A stretch of 64,000 nt of DNA from NCBI GenBank assembly GCA_946411635.1, contig CAMKES010000002.1, forward strand, positions 134,585 to 198,584, read 5' to 3'. Origin of the DNA: an uncultured Clostridia bacterium (GTDB lineage: Bacteria > Bacillota > Clostridia > Christensenellales > CAG-138). How positions within the stretch are numbered: the stretch's first letter is position 1; every line of letters starts with the position of its first letter. Of the stretch, positions 20,295 to 30,159 are shown in pieces. Position numbers and translations under genes: made by a program. The notes below the pieces were generated by a model, which saw only the letters and a program-made list of their open reading frames with translations, made no database searches and was not told the DNA's origin.

Positions 20295-21859
20295 TCCTCC
20301 GTCGCCTCCTTCCCTTCGTCCGTGCCCTTCCGGTGCTGCGTCATCATCAGACCGATCTGCTCCTTGGTAACGGAACGCCCGTCCACGATACCGGAGATTC
20401 TGCCGCCGCAAAGCACCAGGATGCGGTCGCACAGCTCCAGCAGCACGTCGAGGTCCTCGCCGACGTAGATGACGGCGACGCCTTTTAATTTCTGTTCCGT
20501 CAGAAGGTTATAGATCGTATAGGACGTGTTGATATCGAGTCCACGCACCGCATAGGCCGTCATCAGCACCTTCGGATTCTGTTCGATCTCGCGGCCGACC
20601 AGGACCTTCTGCACGTTGCCGCCGGAAAGACGGCGGAGCGGGATCTGGTCCACGTTCGGCGTAACGACCTCGAGGTCGTTGACGATCTTGTTCGCGAGTT
20701 CCTTCGGATATTTGCGGTCCAGGAACGGATTGTGCTTTCCTCTTCGGTAACTGCGGAGCATGACGTTGTCGGCAATGCTCATGCCGCCGACGAGGCCCAT
20801 GCCGAAACGGTCCTCCGGAACGAACGAAAGCAGAACGCCGGAGCGAATGATCTTCAGGGGATCCATGTCGTTCAGGATCTGTTCCTCGCCCGTTTCCGGA
20901 TCGATGTAGGTGATCCTGCTTCCCGGTTCCGGATGCTGCAGTCCCGCGATCGCTTCGAGCAGCTCGCGCTGGCCGCTGCCGGCAATGCCCGCGATGCCGA
21001 GGATCTCGCCGCTGTTTGCCGTGAAGCAGGCGTCGTCGATTCGCTTGACGCCTTCCGCGTCCTTCACCGTCAGATGCTCGACGCGCAGGCGTTCCCGGAT
21101 CTCCTCCGCCCGCGGGCGGTCGATATTCAGACTGACCGCGCGGCCGACCATCATGTCGGTCAGGCTCTGCTGGCTCGCGTCCTTCGTCGGAACGTCGCCG
21201 ACGTACTCGCCTTTCCGGAGGATCGCGACGCGGTCGGAGACATCGAGCACCTCGTGCAGCTTATGCGTGATGATGATCAGCGACTTGCCGTCCTTCTGCA
21301 TGTTCCGCATGACGGAGAACAGCTTATCCGTCTCCTGCGGCGTCAGAACGGCCGTCGGTTCGTCCAGAATCAAAATGTCGGCGCCGCGATACAGGACCTT
21401 GATGATCTCAACGGTCTGTTTCTGCGATACCGACATATTGTAGACCTTCTGGTTCGGGTCGATCTCAAAGCCGTAGCGTTCGCTGATCTCCTTGATCTTC
21501 TTTGCGGCGCACTTCAGATTCAGCATGCCTTCTTCTTTCAGACCGAGGATGATGTTTTCGGTCGCGGTAAACACGTCCACCAGCTTGAAATGCTGATGGA
21601 TCATGCCGATCCCGTTTTCGAACGCGTCCTTCGGCGATTTGATCGTCACCGGTTTGTCATGGATGTAGATCTGCCCCTCGTCCGGGTAATAGATGCCGGA
21701 CAGCATGTTCATCAGCGTCGTCTTTCCGCTGCCGTTTTCGCCGAGCAGCGAAAGGATCTCGCCTTCATGCAGTTCCAGATTGATGTCCCGGTTCGCGACC
21801 ACGCTGCCGAAGTGCTTCGTGATGCCTTCCATCCTGACGGCATTTTTGACTGCTTCCAA
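20291..21859 (-). CDS. ABC transporter ATP-binding protein with duplicated ATPase domains (system 1)
   Basis: Two Walker A / signature sets are present (GENGSGKTTL...; LSGGNVQK). The start is uncertain. The TTG at 21859 has a GAAAGGA RBS 8 nt upstream; ATG 21832 and GTG 21889 are alternatives. The ORF-track start at 21976 lies inside a terminator stem. Confidence 0.85.
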   Translation of the reverse strand: MEAVKNAVRMEGITKHFGSVVANRDINLELHEGEILSLLGENGSGKTTLMNMLSGIYYPDEGQIYIHDKPVTIKSPKDAFENGIGMIHQHFKLVDVFTATENIILGLKEEGMLNLKCAAKKIKEISERYGFEIDPNQKVYNMSVSQKQTVEIIKVLYRGADILILDEPTAVLTPQETDKLFSVMRNMQKDGKSLIIITHKLHEVLDVSDRVAILRKGEYVGDVPTKDASQQSLTDMMVGRAVSLNIDRPRAEEIRERLRVEHLTVKDAEGVKRIDDACFTANSGEILGIAGIAGSGQRELLEAIAGLQHPEPGSRITYIDPETGEEQILNDMDPLKIIRSGVLLSFVPEDRFGMGLVGGMSIADNVMLRSYRRGKHNPFLDRKYPKELANKIVNDLEVVTPNVDQIPLRRLSGGNVQKVLVGREIEQNPKVLMTAYAVRGLDINTSYTIYNLLTEQKLKGVAVIYVGEDLDVLLELCDRILVLCGGRISGIVDGRSVTKEQIGLMMTQHRKGTDEGKEATEE

Positions 21860-21954
21860 GATCTTTGTCCTTTCCGCAGAGGCAAACACCTCTGCCGATG
21901 ATATAACAATATACCATAAATGATCCGCTTTGTAAATGAAAACGGCGGAATCGG

Positions 21955-21989
21955 ACGAAAAAAATCGGGCAGTCATGGGACTGCCCGAT
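21955..21989 (-). terminator. Intra-operon terminator between the binding-protein gene and the ABC genes (system 1)
   Basis: The minus strand reads ATCGGGCAGTC-CCAT-GACTGCCCGAT followed by TTTTTTTCG. Confidence 0.75.
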
Positions 21990-22003
21990 CGGGTTTGTCG
22001 GAA

Positions 22004-23221
22004 TTAACCGAAATTGACGTTCAGGAGCGTGATGCCGTCGATCTGGAGATCGAAGTACGGCGCGCTGCGGAATTCGGACTCATGGAAGTAACCGTCCTTG
22101 ATGACTTCGGTGTCCGGCGTGAACGCGGTGTCGGTATCGACGTCTGCAAGATAGCTCTCAAGCTTTTCGCCGTTCACGGTGAACGTATCGGTGCTGAAGA
22201 CGTGGAGCTCGCCCGCAACCAGCGCGGCCTTTGCCGCATCGATCGCAGCCTGCGTGCCGTCCGCCGCAACATTGGTGTTCAGGTCGGTCAGCTCGACGGA
22301 TCCGGTCGCAATGGTGCCGGTCCAGTCGGTGTCGATCGCTTCGCCTGCCGCCGCAGCCTTGATCGCGTACTCATAGTACGGCTCCCAGTTGATGCGGGAC
22401 GAGATGATGTAGGTGTTCGGGCCGACGCTGATCGTGCTGCCGTTGTAGGAAACGTTCGGAACGCCCGCGCTCTCGCAGGCAGACGGTGCGCCCATGGAGT
22501 CCGCATGCTGGCTGATGAGCACGCAGCCGTTGTTGATCAGCTTGACTGCGCCTTCCTTTTCGGCGACCTCATCGTACCAGGAACCGGTGAAGGTAACTTC
22601 CATCGTTGCGCTCGGGCAGACGGAACGTGCGCCGAGGAAGAAGGAAGTGTAGCCGGAAACGACCTCTGCATAGGTGAACGCGCCGACGTAGCCGATCTTC
22701 GCCTGATCCGCGGTGATCTTGCCGTTCGCGATCATTTCGTTGAGCTTCATGCCCGCAGCAATACCCGCAAGGTAGCGGCCCTCATAGATCGCCGCAAACG
22801 CGTTGTGGTAGTTCGCGAGCTTTTCGGTATGCGCCTTCGTACCGGTGGAGTGGCAGAACTGAACGTCCGGGAACTCCTTTGCAGCCTGGATCATGAAGTC
22901 CTCATGGCCGAAGCTGTCCGCAAAGATGACCTTGCAGCCGGAATCCGCCATATCCGCAGCGGTCTCGTAGCACTCTTTGCCCTCGGGAATGTTGGTCTTG
23001 ATGACGTAATCCGTGATGCCGAGCTTCTCGCATGCAGCCTTTGCCGCGTTGATGAAGTTCAGGTCGTAGGTGGAGTTCTCGTCGTGCAGGCAGATGAAGC
23101 CGACCTTGATGTCCAGTTTCTCGCTCTGCTGTTCGCCCTGATTGTCCGCAGGCTTGGAGCCGCACGCAAACAGAACGGATACCACCAGCAGACAAAGGAT
23201 GATCGCCAGAATCTTTTTCAT
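22004..23221 (-). CDS. BMP-family (PnrA/Med-like) ABC substrate-binding lipoprotein (system 1)
   Basis: 405 aa with the lipoprotein signal MKKILAIILCLLVVSVLFAC|GS. The mature part is BMP-like (KVGFICLHDENSTYDLNF, YEGRYLAGIAAG). Confidence 0.9.
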   Translation of the reverse strand: MKKILAIILCLLVVSVLFACGSKPADNQGEQQSEKLDIKVGFICLHDENSTYDLNFINAAKAACEKLGITDYVIKTNIPEGKECYETAADMADSGCKVIFADSFGHEDFMIQAAKEFPDVQFCHSTGTKAHTEKLANYHNAFAAIYEGRYLAGIAAGMKLNEMIANGKITADQAKIGYVGAFTYAEVVSGYTSFFLGARSVCPSATMEVTFTGSWYDEVAEKEGAVKLINNGCVLISQHADSMGAPSACESAGVPNVSYNGSTISVGPNTYIISSRINWEPYYEYAIKAAAAGEAIDTDWTGTIATGSVELTDLNTNVAADGTQAAIDAAKAALVAGELHVFSTDTFTVNGEKLESYLADVDTDTAFTPDTEVIKDGYFHESEFRSAPYFDLQIDGITLLNVNFG

Positions 23222-23318
23222 GTTTCCCTCCGTGATACTTTTTCGATTTATTGCTGTATTTCAACACATCTCTGTGTATCAGCCGCGCGGGAGTTCAATC
23301 AAATATCTTACCAAATAT

Positions 23319-23347
23319 ATTGTAAACGTTTCGCTCTGTTTCGTCAA
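23319..23347 (-). promoter_or_regulatory. Putative promoter of ABC system 1
   Basis: The minus strand shows TTGACG (23342-23347), 17 nt, then TACAAT (23319-23324), about 100 nt upstream of the binding-protein start. Confidence 0.5.
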
Positions 23348-23391
23348 GGGATATTCCGGCTCCGCGGGGCGGTTTTCAGGTAAAAAGAACG

Positions 23392-23415
23392 TAAAAAATC
23401 GGCCGTTCGGCCGAT
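23392..23415 (-). terminator. rluB terminator
   Basis: The minus strand reads ATCGGCC-GAAC-GGCCGAT followed by TTTTTTAC, 9 nt after the rluB stop. Confidence 0.7.
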
Positions 23416-23423
23416 AAGAAAAC

Positions 23424-24134
23424 TCATTTCCGCACCTGCGAAAGCGCGCGCAGCTCCTCCTCCGTGAGATACCGCCATTCGCCGGGTCTGAGCGTTCCGA
23501 GCTTCAGCGGTCCGTACGCTTCGCGCTTCAGACGAAGCGTGCGGTGTCCGATCGCCTCGAGCATGCGGCGGATCTGGCGGTTGCGTCCTTCGTGGATCGT
23601 GATCGAAAACGCCGTGCCGCCCGTCGAGGCCCGACGGATATCGGAGACCTTCGCCGGCGCGGTCATGCCGTCCTCCAGTTCAACGCCGTTCGTGAGCGTC
23701 GCGATCTCGCCCGCCGAAAGTGTTCCGTCGCAGACCACGCGGTACGTCTTCTGCACGCCGTAGCGCGGATGCATCAGACGGTTCGCAAGCTCGCCGTCGT
23801 TGGTCAGAAGCAGCAGTCCCTCGGAGTTCAGATCGAGCCTTCCGACGTTATAGAGCCGGTACGGCAGATCCTTCACAAACTCCTGCACGGTCCTTCTTCC
23901 CGCCTCGTCGCTTGACGTGGAGACCACGCCGCGCGGCTTGTAAAGCATCAGCACGACGCGCCGGTCCTGCGGCTTCAGCCGCTTTCCGTCGAGCAGGACC
24001 TCGTCCGTTTCCGTTACGGTCGCGCCGATCACGGCCGGTATCCCGTTCACCGTGACACGACCGTCCTGGATCATCTGTTCGCATGCGCGGCGTGAAGCCA
24101 CGCCGCAGTCCGCCATGTATTTTTGCAGCCGCAT
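23424..24134 (-). CDS. rluB: RsuA/RluB-family rRNA pseudouridine synthase
   Basis: 236 aa with an S4 domain (MRLQKYMADCGVASRRACEQMIQDGRVTVNG) and the catalytic motif GRLDLNSEGLLLLTNDG. Confidence 0.88.
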   Translation of the reverse strand: MRLQKYMADCGVASRRACEQMIQDGRVTVNGIPAVIGATVTETDEVLLDGKRLKPQDRRVVLMLYKPRGVVSTSSDEAGRRTVQEFVKDLPYRLYNVGRLDLNSEGLLLLTNDGELANRLMHPRYGVQKTYRVVCDGTLSAGEIATLTNGVELEDGMTAPAKVSDIRRASTGGTAFSITIHEGRNRQIRRMLEAIGHRTLRLKREAYGPLKLGTLRPGEWRYLTEEELRALSQVRK

Positions 24135-24150
24135 ATGCCCCGCCCGCGGT

Positions 24151-25245
24151 TCATCCGATAAAATCGCCGACCGCCTTTTTCAGATAGTAACCGAAACCGG
24201 CCGCTTCGACCGTTTCCGTCGCGACGATCGGTACCGAGCATACCGCCGTCCCGTTCAGAAACAGCGTCGCCGTTCCGATCGGATCGCCCGCCGCGACCGG
24301 CGCAGCAGCCGGTCTGAACGACGTGCGCACGCCGAACGCTTCTTCGCCGCCGATCTCCGTCGGATACAGTATACCGCGGATCGGCGCCGCAGACAACGTT
24401 TTTTTCACGCCGTTTTCGATCGGGACCGCAAAAACCGTTTCTGCGGACAGAAACAGCTTCGTTTCATAGCCGGAAAATCCCGCGTCGAGCATGGCCTTCG
24501 CCGTATTCCACATCGAGGGACAGTTCAGAACCGCGCCGACAAGCTTCATCCCGCCGCGCTCCGCCGCGAACACGAGGCACTTCCCCGCCGCCTTCGTATA
24601 GCCGGTCTTGACGCCGATCCCGCCCTCGTATTCCCACAGAAGGCGATTCTTGTTTTTCAGCGTGTGAACGACCGAACCGTCGGTTTTGCGGTACTTTGCG
24701 GAAACGATCCCACAGAACGTCGGATCCCGCAGCGCGGCCGCGCCGAGCAGCGCAAGGTCGTGCGCCGTCGTGTAATGATCCGGATCGTGCAGGCCGTTCG
24801 GGGTGACGAAATGCGTGTCGCAAAGTCCGAGCTCCGCCGCGCGCGCGTTCATACGCGCCGCAAACGGTTCCGTGCCGCCGTCGAGAAACCACGCGATCGT
24901 GACCGCCGCGTCGTTGCCGCTCGTCAGCATCAGCCCGTACACGAGATCGCGCAGCGTGATCCGCTCGCCCTCCCTGAGATACATCGACGAGCCCTCCGTG
25001 CCGACCGCTTCCCGCGGGACCGTGACCGTTTCGTCGAGCCTGCCCGATTCGATCGCAAGCAGCGCCGTCATGATCTTGGTCGTGCTCGCCATCGGCAGCC
25101 GTTCGTTCTCATTCTGCGCAAACAGCACGCGGCCGGAATTCGCCTCGATCAGATACGCCGCCTGCGCCGGAACGGCGTCCGCCTTTGTGCGCCCCGGAAA
25201 ACCGGAAACGAGCAGGATCAGCGCAAGCAGCGCCGCACGCTTCAC
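24151..25245 (-). CDS. Serine-type D-Ala-D-Ala carboxypeptidase (PBP5/DacB-like)
   Basis: The SxxK (ASTTK), SGN (LTSGND) and KTG (GVKTGYT) motifs are all present. The GTG at 25245 has a GGAGGAGG RBS, gives a signal peptide (KRAALLALILLVSGFPG), and overlaps the ytfJ stop. Confidence 0.88.
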   Translation of the reverse strand: MKRAALLALILLVSGFPGRTKADAVPAQAAYLIEANSGRVLFAQNENERLPMASTTKIMTALLAIESGRLDETVTVPREAVGTEGSSMYLREGERITLRDLVYGLMLTSGNDAAVTIAWFLDGGTEPFAARMNARAAELGLCDTHFVTPNGLHDPDHYTTAHDLALLGAAALRDPTFCGIVSAKYRKTDGSVVHTLKNKNRLLWEYEGGIGVKTGYTKAAGKCLVFAAERGGMKLVGAVLNCPSMWNTAKAMLDAGFSGYETKLFLSAETVFAVPIENGVKKTLSAAPIRGILYPTEIGGEEAFGVRTSFRPAAAPVAAGDPIGTATLFLNGTAVCSVPIVATETVEAAGFGYYLKKAVGDFIG

Positions 25246-25670
25246 GGTTCCTCCTCCGCGTCTTCGCCGCAGTTCTGCGCGCGGATCTCGCGGATCGCGT
25301 CGCGGATCTCGGTCATCGCGGTCGGGATCAGCTGTACGAGACGGTCGAGAGTGCTTTCGCACTCGGCGTGCAGCAGCGTGACCTGCTCGCCCTGCATATG
25401 CAGGAACGCCTTCGGCGTGATGGAGATGCCCGCGACGCTCGCGCCGAGGAAAGGATAGCCGTTCGCCTCGACGTCCGGCTTGGCCGGTCCGTTCAGGGCC
25501 TGCGTCGGGAAATCGCCGCCGCCCGCAAAAAAACCGAGGCTGACCTTGCTGACCGGGATCACGACCGCGCCTTCGTCACCGTAGATCGGGTTCCCCACGA
25601 TCGTGTTTACGTCGACGATGTTCTTGAGCTCGCGCATCGTCGTCTGCAGAATGGTTTCAACAGGATGCAT
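25242..25670 (-). CDS. ytfJ: Sporulation protein YtfJ (GerW family)
   Basis: 142 aa with IVGNPIYGDEGAVVIPVSKVSLGFFAGGGDF, typical of YtfJ/GerW. Confidence 0.85.
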   Translation of the reverse strand: MHPVETILQTTMRELKNIVDVNTIVGNPIYGDEGAVVIPVSKVSLGFFAGGGDFPTQALNGPAKPDVEANGYPFLGASVAGISITPKAFLHMQGEQVTLLHAECESTLDRLVQLIPTAMTEIRDAIREIRAQNCGEDAEEEP

Positions 25671-26229
25671 CGTTCGTCCTCTTTTCGTTGGATTTACGGG
25701 TATTGTTTGCCGATCCGCGCCGCGCTATACGCTTCGGCGCAAGGAAGCCGGAAAGGAGCTTCGGCGGGAACACGATCGCCCGCGCGCGGAGGGAAAGGCG
25801 CAGCATCGGCGATTCGGCGATCGCTGCGCGCGCCGAACCGGTCTCGGCGACGCGCGTCGTGAGCATCGAAAGCAGAACGGCAAGCGTTCCCGCCGAAAGC
25901 ACCGCCTTGTCGGGCTCGTCTGCGATCCCGACCGCGGTCTTCGTGTCCAGCCGCAGAACGCGCACGCCGCGGATCGGGCGGCGCCTGCGCTTTTGCGCGT
26001 GCCGTTTCAGCAGAAACACGCGTTTTTTCCCGAATTGCAGGGTGAAATACGGCCTCGAAAACAGATGCAGCCGAAGCTTCAGCGGGATCGGGATCAGACC
26101 GAGCAGATATACGCGCGCGCGAACGACGGCGCCGCGAAGGCCGAGCCTTGCCCGCGCGTCGACAATCAGCGGCATGGAAAGCAGCAGGAGCAGAAACAAA
26201 AGGATGAACAGCACGACGAGGATCCACAT
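25657..26229 (-). CDS. DUF2953 (YtfI-like) membrane protein
   Basis: 190 aa with an N-terminal TM segment (MWILVVLFILLFLLLLL). Location immediately upstream of ytfJ matches B. subtilis ytfI-ytfJ. The ORF-track start at 26262 abuts a terminator. Confidence 0.6.
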   Translation of the reverse strand: MWILVVLFILLFLLLLLSMPLIVDARARLGLRGAVVRARVYLLGLIPIPLKLRLHLFSRPYFTLQFGKKRVFLLKRHAQKRRRRPIRGVRVLRLDTKTAVGIADEPDKAVLSAGTLAVLLSMLTTRVAETGSARAAIAESPMLRLSLRARAIVFPPKLLSGFLAPKRIARRGSANNTRKSNEKRTNDASC

Positions 26230-26263
26230 GCTTACAGTTTTCCCCCGCCGCTTTTTTCGCATA

Positions 26264-26290
26264 CAAAAAAGGACCGCATTTCTGCGGTCC
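26264..26290 (-). terminator. Terminator of ABC system 2
   Basis: The minus strand reads GGACCGCA-GAAA-TGCGGTCC followed by TTTTTTGTAT, 19 nt after the permease stop. Confidence 0.8.
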
Positions 26291-26308
26291 TTTTCAATCG
26301 TCCGAGTG

Positions 26309-27250
26309 TTAACGCATACCCTTGTCGTACGGAATACCTTCCGCCTTCGGCGCGCGGGAGCGTTTGCTCGAGAGCGCGAGAACGATCAGCGAAACGATAT
26401 ACGGAAGCATGTTGTAAACGCTCTTCGGGATGTTCAGATTGTTGAGGAAATCGAAGCCCGTGTACACGCTGCCGAGTGCGCGGAACAGACCGAACAGCAG
26501 CGCGGCAAGCACGATGCGGACCGGTTTCCACTGACCGAAGATCATGACCGCCAGAGACAGGAAGCCGAAGCCCGCGACGCCGACGTCGAACTGCCACTGC
26601 GAAACGCCCGCCGTGATGTACACGATGCCGCCGAGACCGCCGAGCGCGCCGGAGATCATGACGCCCGCGTAACGCATCTTCACGACGTTGATGCCGACGG
26701 ATGCAGCCGCCTGCGGATGTTCGCCGCACGCCTGCAGGCGCAGACCGAACTTGGTCTTGTACAGCACGATGTACGAAGCGATCAGCAGAATGACCGCGAA
26801 CACGAGGAACCAGCTGTACTCGGTGCCGGGCGCCATCAGAAGCTTATCCTTCACGCCGCTGTAGATGACTTTCGGGGAGTTGTTGGAACCCATCGTTTCC
26901 GCGATATTGATGGACTTGACGGCAACCGTTGCAGCCGCCACGCCGAGCATGTTCATTGCGGTGCCGACCAGCGTCTGGTCTGCCTTGAACGTGATGCTCG
27001 CAACGCCGAGCAGCAGCGAGTAGATGACGCCCGCCGCGATCGCGACGCCGACCGTGGCCAGCACGACCCAGATCGCCGGGGTGGCTGCGCTCATGTACTT
27101 CAGCACCAGCGAGCCGCCCAGCGCGCCGATGACCATGATGCCCTCAAGGCCGATGTTGATGACGCCGGAATGCTCCGAGAAGCATCCGCCGAGTGCGACC
27201 AGCGTCAGAACGGAGGTAAAGACCAGCGTATACTGCAGCAAAAGATCCAT
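26309..27250 (-). CDS. ABC transporter permease (BMP/nucleoside-type system 2)
   Basis: 313 aa polytopic protein. The ATG shares one base with the upstream TAA. Confidence 0.88.
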   Translation of the reverse strand: MDLLLQYTLVFTSVLTLVALGGCFSEHSGVINIGLEGIMVIGALGGSLVLKYMSAATPAIWVVLATVGVAIAAGVIYSLLLGVASITFKADQTLVGTAMNMLGVAAATVAVKSINIAETMGSNNSPKVIYSGVKDKLLMAPGTEYSWFLVFAVILLIASYIVLYKTKFGLRLQACGEHPQAAASVGINVVKMRYAGVMISGALGGLGGIVYITAGVSQWQFDVGVAGFGFLSLAVMIFGQWKPVRIVLAALLFGLFRALGSVYTGFDFLNNLNIPKSVYNMLPYIVSLIVLALSSKRSRAPKAEGIPYDKGMR

Positions 27251-28389
27251 TATTTCTTACCTCCTTCCGTATTTGCTTCGACAGCTTTTTGCTTCTGAAG
27301 CTTGCGCTCATCCGAACGCGCGATCACACGGTTCATCGTCATCTTGAAGAACAGCACGAAGCCGCACAGATAGATGATGATCGCGGAGATCAGATCGGCG
27401 ATCTGCGGCGGATAGCTCTGCGTGTTGAGGTTCAGCGCGCCGCCGTCGGTGATGTGCTGGATGAAGAACGAGGAGAAGATCGCGCCGATCGGGTTCAGAC
27501 CGCCGAGGAACGCGCCCGCGATGCCGTTGAAGCCCATGCCCGGGACGGACGACTGGTTGATGTCCCACTCTTTGAAGCCGGAGAGGAAGTACAGACCCGC
27601 CGCCGCGCCGGCCAGCGCGCCCGCGATCAGCATCGTCAGGATGATGTTGCGCTTTTCCTTCATGCCGCAGTACTTTGCGGCGTTCTTGTTGAGACCGGTC
27701 GCACGGAGCTCGTAACCGAGCTTCGTCTTTTCCAGCAGGATCCAGATCAGAACCGCAACGATGATCGTGATCGGCAGCGCGATCGTGACCTTGGTATTGC
27801 CGTTGAACAGCTTGTCAAGTCCCAGCCGCGGCAGAAGCGCGCCCGGGTTGACCGCCGAGATCTCGATCGTGTCTTTCTTGCCGACCGGCGCGAACGGCGC
27901 CATCAGCGCGTTGACCGCATACAGGCTGATCCAGTTCAGCATGATGCCGGAAATGACCTCGTTGACATTGCAGTATGCCTTCAGGAGGCCGGAGATACCG
28001 GCAAGCAGCGCGCCCGCAAGGATCGCCGCGAGCAGACAAATGTACCACGGCAGCTGAAGCTGAAGCGCGAAGTAGAGGCACGCGCCCGCGCCGATGACGT
28101 ACTGACCGGCGGCGCCGATGTTGAACAGGCCGACCTTATACGCAAACAGGATCGACAAGCTGCACAGAATGAGCGGCATCGTCTTGACGAGCGTATTGCC
28201 GAGCTCTTTCGTACGCAGGCCTGCGCTCTTGCGCGAGAAGAAGTTTTTGAGAACGCCCGTGATCGCCTCGCCCGCGCCCTTCGGCTCGATCAGCAGCAGT
28301 ACGATGTATCCGACGAGCACGCCGACGATGATGCACAGCAGTGCGGCAAGGATCGACTGAACCGCTTTATTCTTCAGGAACTTTTTCAT
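27250..28389 (-). CDS. ABC transporter permease (BMP/nucleoside-type system 2)
   Basis: 379 aa polytopic protein. The ATG at 28389 overlaps the ATPase TGA. Confidence 0.88.
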   Translation of the reverse strand: MKKFLKNKAVQSILAALLCIIVGVLVGYIVLLLIEPKGAGEAITGVLKNFFSRKSAGLRTKELGNTLVKTMPLILCSLSILFAYKVGLFNIGAAGQYVIGAGACLYFALQLQLPWYICLLAAILAGALLAGISGLLKAYCNVNEVISGIMLNWISLYAVNALMAPFAPVGKKDTIEISAVNPGALLPRLGLDKLFNGNTKVTIALPITIIVAVLIWILLEKTKLGYELRATGLNKNAAKYCGMKEKRNIILTMLIAGALAGAAAGLYFLSGFKEWDINQSSVPGMGFNGIAGAFLGGLNPIGAIFSSFFIQHITDGGALNLNTQSYPPQIADLISAIIIYLCGFVLFFKMTMNRVIARSDERKLQKQKAVEANTEGGKK

Positions 28390-29984
28390 TTCACGACCAC
28401 CTCGTCTCTCTTCGCGCCGGCCATGTAGAGACCGAGCTCTTCCTGTGTCGTCTTCTTCGGATCCAGTTCACCGACGATCTCGCCCTCGTACATAACGAGG
28501 ATGCGGTCCGAAACGTCCATGACCTCGTCGAGCTCGAGCGAAACGAGCAGAACGCCGTTGCCTGCATCGCGATGGGCGACGAGCTGCTTGTGAATGAACT
28601 CGATCGCGCCGACGTCCAGACCGCGCGTCGGCTGGACCGCAACGAGCAGTTTCGGATTCTTGTCCATCTCACGCGCGACGATCGCCTTCTGCTGGTTGCC
28701 GCCGGACATGGATCTGGCCGCGGTGATCGCGCCCTGACCGGAACGGATGTCGAACTCTTCGATCAGACGATCGGTGTACTGACGGATGTTCTTTCTTCTG
28801 AGGAAGCCCGCCTTGTTCGTGAATTCCGGCTCGAAATAGCGCTCAAGGACCATGTTGTACTCGAGCGAATAATCGAGAACGAGGCCGTGCTTATGACGGT
28901 CCTCCGGGATATGGCCCATACCGGAAATGTTGCGCTTGCGGATCGGCATCCTGGTGATGTCCTGCCCGAGCATCGTGATCTTGCCGGAAACGAGCGGTTC
29001 AAGACCGGTGAGTCCGTATACGAACTCGGACTGGCCGTTGCCGTCGATGCCCGCGATGCAGACGATCTCGCCCGCGTGCACGTTCAGGCTGACGTTCTTG
29101 ACCGCATTGTTCTTGTGGACCTTGGAGGCGACCGTCATGTTCTCGATGCGAAGGATCTCCTCGCCGATCTCCGGTTCCTTCTTTTCCACGTGGAAGTTGA
29201 CGTTGCGGCCGACCATCATGCGGGAAAGCTCTTCCTTCGTGGTGTCGGCGATGTTGACCGTGCCAATGTACTTGCCCTTGCGAAGGACGGTGCAGCGGTC
29301 CGCGGCCTCCATGATCTCGTTGAGCTTGTGCGAGATGAACAGGATGCTCTTGCCCTCGGCCTTGAGGTTCTTCATGATCTGCATGAGCTCGGTGATCTCC
29401 TGCGGCGTCAGAACGGCCGTCGGTTCGTCGAAGATCAGGATCTCATTGTCGCGGTAAAGCATCTTGAGGATCTCGGTACGCTGCTGCATGCCGACCGTGA
29501 TGTCCTCGATCTTAGCGTCCGGATTGACCTGCAGGCCGTATTTTTCGGACAGCTCCAGAACCTTCTTGCGCGCTTCCTTCTTCTGCAGGAAGCCCATCGT
29601 GTTCGGCTCGACGCCCATGATGATGTTGTCCAGGACGGAGAAGACCTCGACCAGCTTGAAGTGCTGATGCACCATGCCGATGCCCAGCGCGTTCGCGTCG
29701 TTCGGGTCGTTGATCTTTACGACCTTGCCGTCCTTCTTGATGATGCCCTCCTCCGGCTGATACAGACCGAACAGAACGCTCATCAGCGTGGATTTTCCCG
29801 CGCCGTTTTCACCCAAAAGCGCGTGGATCTCACCCTTTTTCAGCTGAAGCGTGATGTTGTCATTTGCGATGATGCCCGGAAAACGCTTGGTGATGTTGAG
29901 CATCTCGATGGTGTACTCGGGCTGCGCTTCGTTCTGAACGGGAACATTCGCATCGGGTTTCGTTTCCAATCTCACTACCTCCAT
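28386..29984 (-). CDS. ABC transporter ATP-binding protein with duplicated ATPase domains (system 2)
   Basis: Walker [11 protein letters not shown] and signature MSGGNQQK are present. The start is uncertain: the ATG at 29984 directly abuts GAGG, while the TTG at 29969 has GGAGG 8 nt upstream. Confidence 0.88.
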   Translation of the reverse strand: MEVVRLETKPDANVPVQNEAQPEYTIEMLNITKRFPGIIANDNITLQLKKGEIHALLGENGAGKSTLMSVLFGLYQPEEGIIKKDGKVVKINDPNDANALGIGMVHQHFKLVEVFSVLDNIIMGVEPNTMGFLQKKEARKKVLELSEKYGLQVNPDAKIEDITVGMQQRTEILKMLYRDNEILIFDEPTAVLTPQEITELMQIMKNLKAEGKSILFISHKLNEIMEAADRCTVLRKGKYIGTVNIADTTKEELSRMMVGRNVNFHVEKKEPEIGEEILRIENMTVASKVHKNNAVKNVSLNVHAGEIVCIAGIDGNGQSEFVYGLTGLEPLVSGKITMLGQDITRMPIRKRNISGMGHIPEDRHKHGLVLDYSLEYNMVLERYFEPEFTNKAGFLRRKNIRQYTDRLIEEFDIRSGQGAITAARSMSGGNQQKAIVAREMDKNPKLLVAVQPTRGLDVGAIEFIHKQLVAHRDAGNGVLLVSLELDEVMDVSDRILVMYEGEIVGELDPKKTTQEELGLYMAGAKRDEVVVK

Positions 29985-30111
29985 CCTCGATTTTTATGCA
30001 TTCGTATGCATCTTATCACGTTTATTTTAGCATATCATATATCGTTTTTCAAGAGCGATATTCGGATTTCAGGACACAACCTGCCGATTTTCGTTCGTTC
30101 TTTCCGCGGGG

Positions 30112-30146
30112 CAAAACAAAAAGGGCCCGGTGGAACCGAGCCCTTT
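30112..30146 (-). terminator. Intra-operon terminator between the binding-protein gene and the ABC genes (system 2)
   Basis: The minus strand reads AAGGGCTCGG-TTCCA-CCGGGCCCTT (one mismatch) followed by TTTGTTTTG. Confidence 0.65.
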
Positions 30147-30159
30147 GATCGGGTTAAGA

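Noticed and set aside
23222-23423. Possible purine/nucleoside riboswitch in the leaders of the two BMP ABC operons (also 31354..31560).
   Set aside because: I compared them by eye with the purine and preQ1/2'-dG riboswitch cores. No conserved junction sequences or three-way-junction geometry were found, only ordinary promoters and short hairpins.
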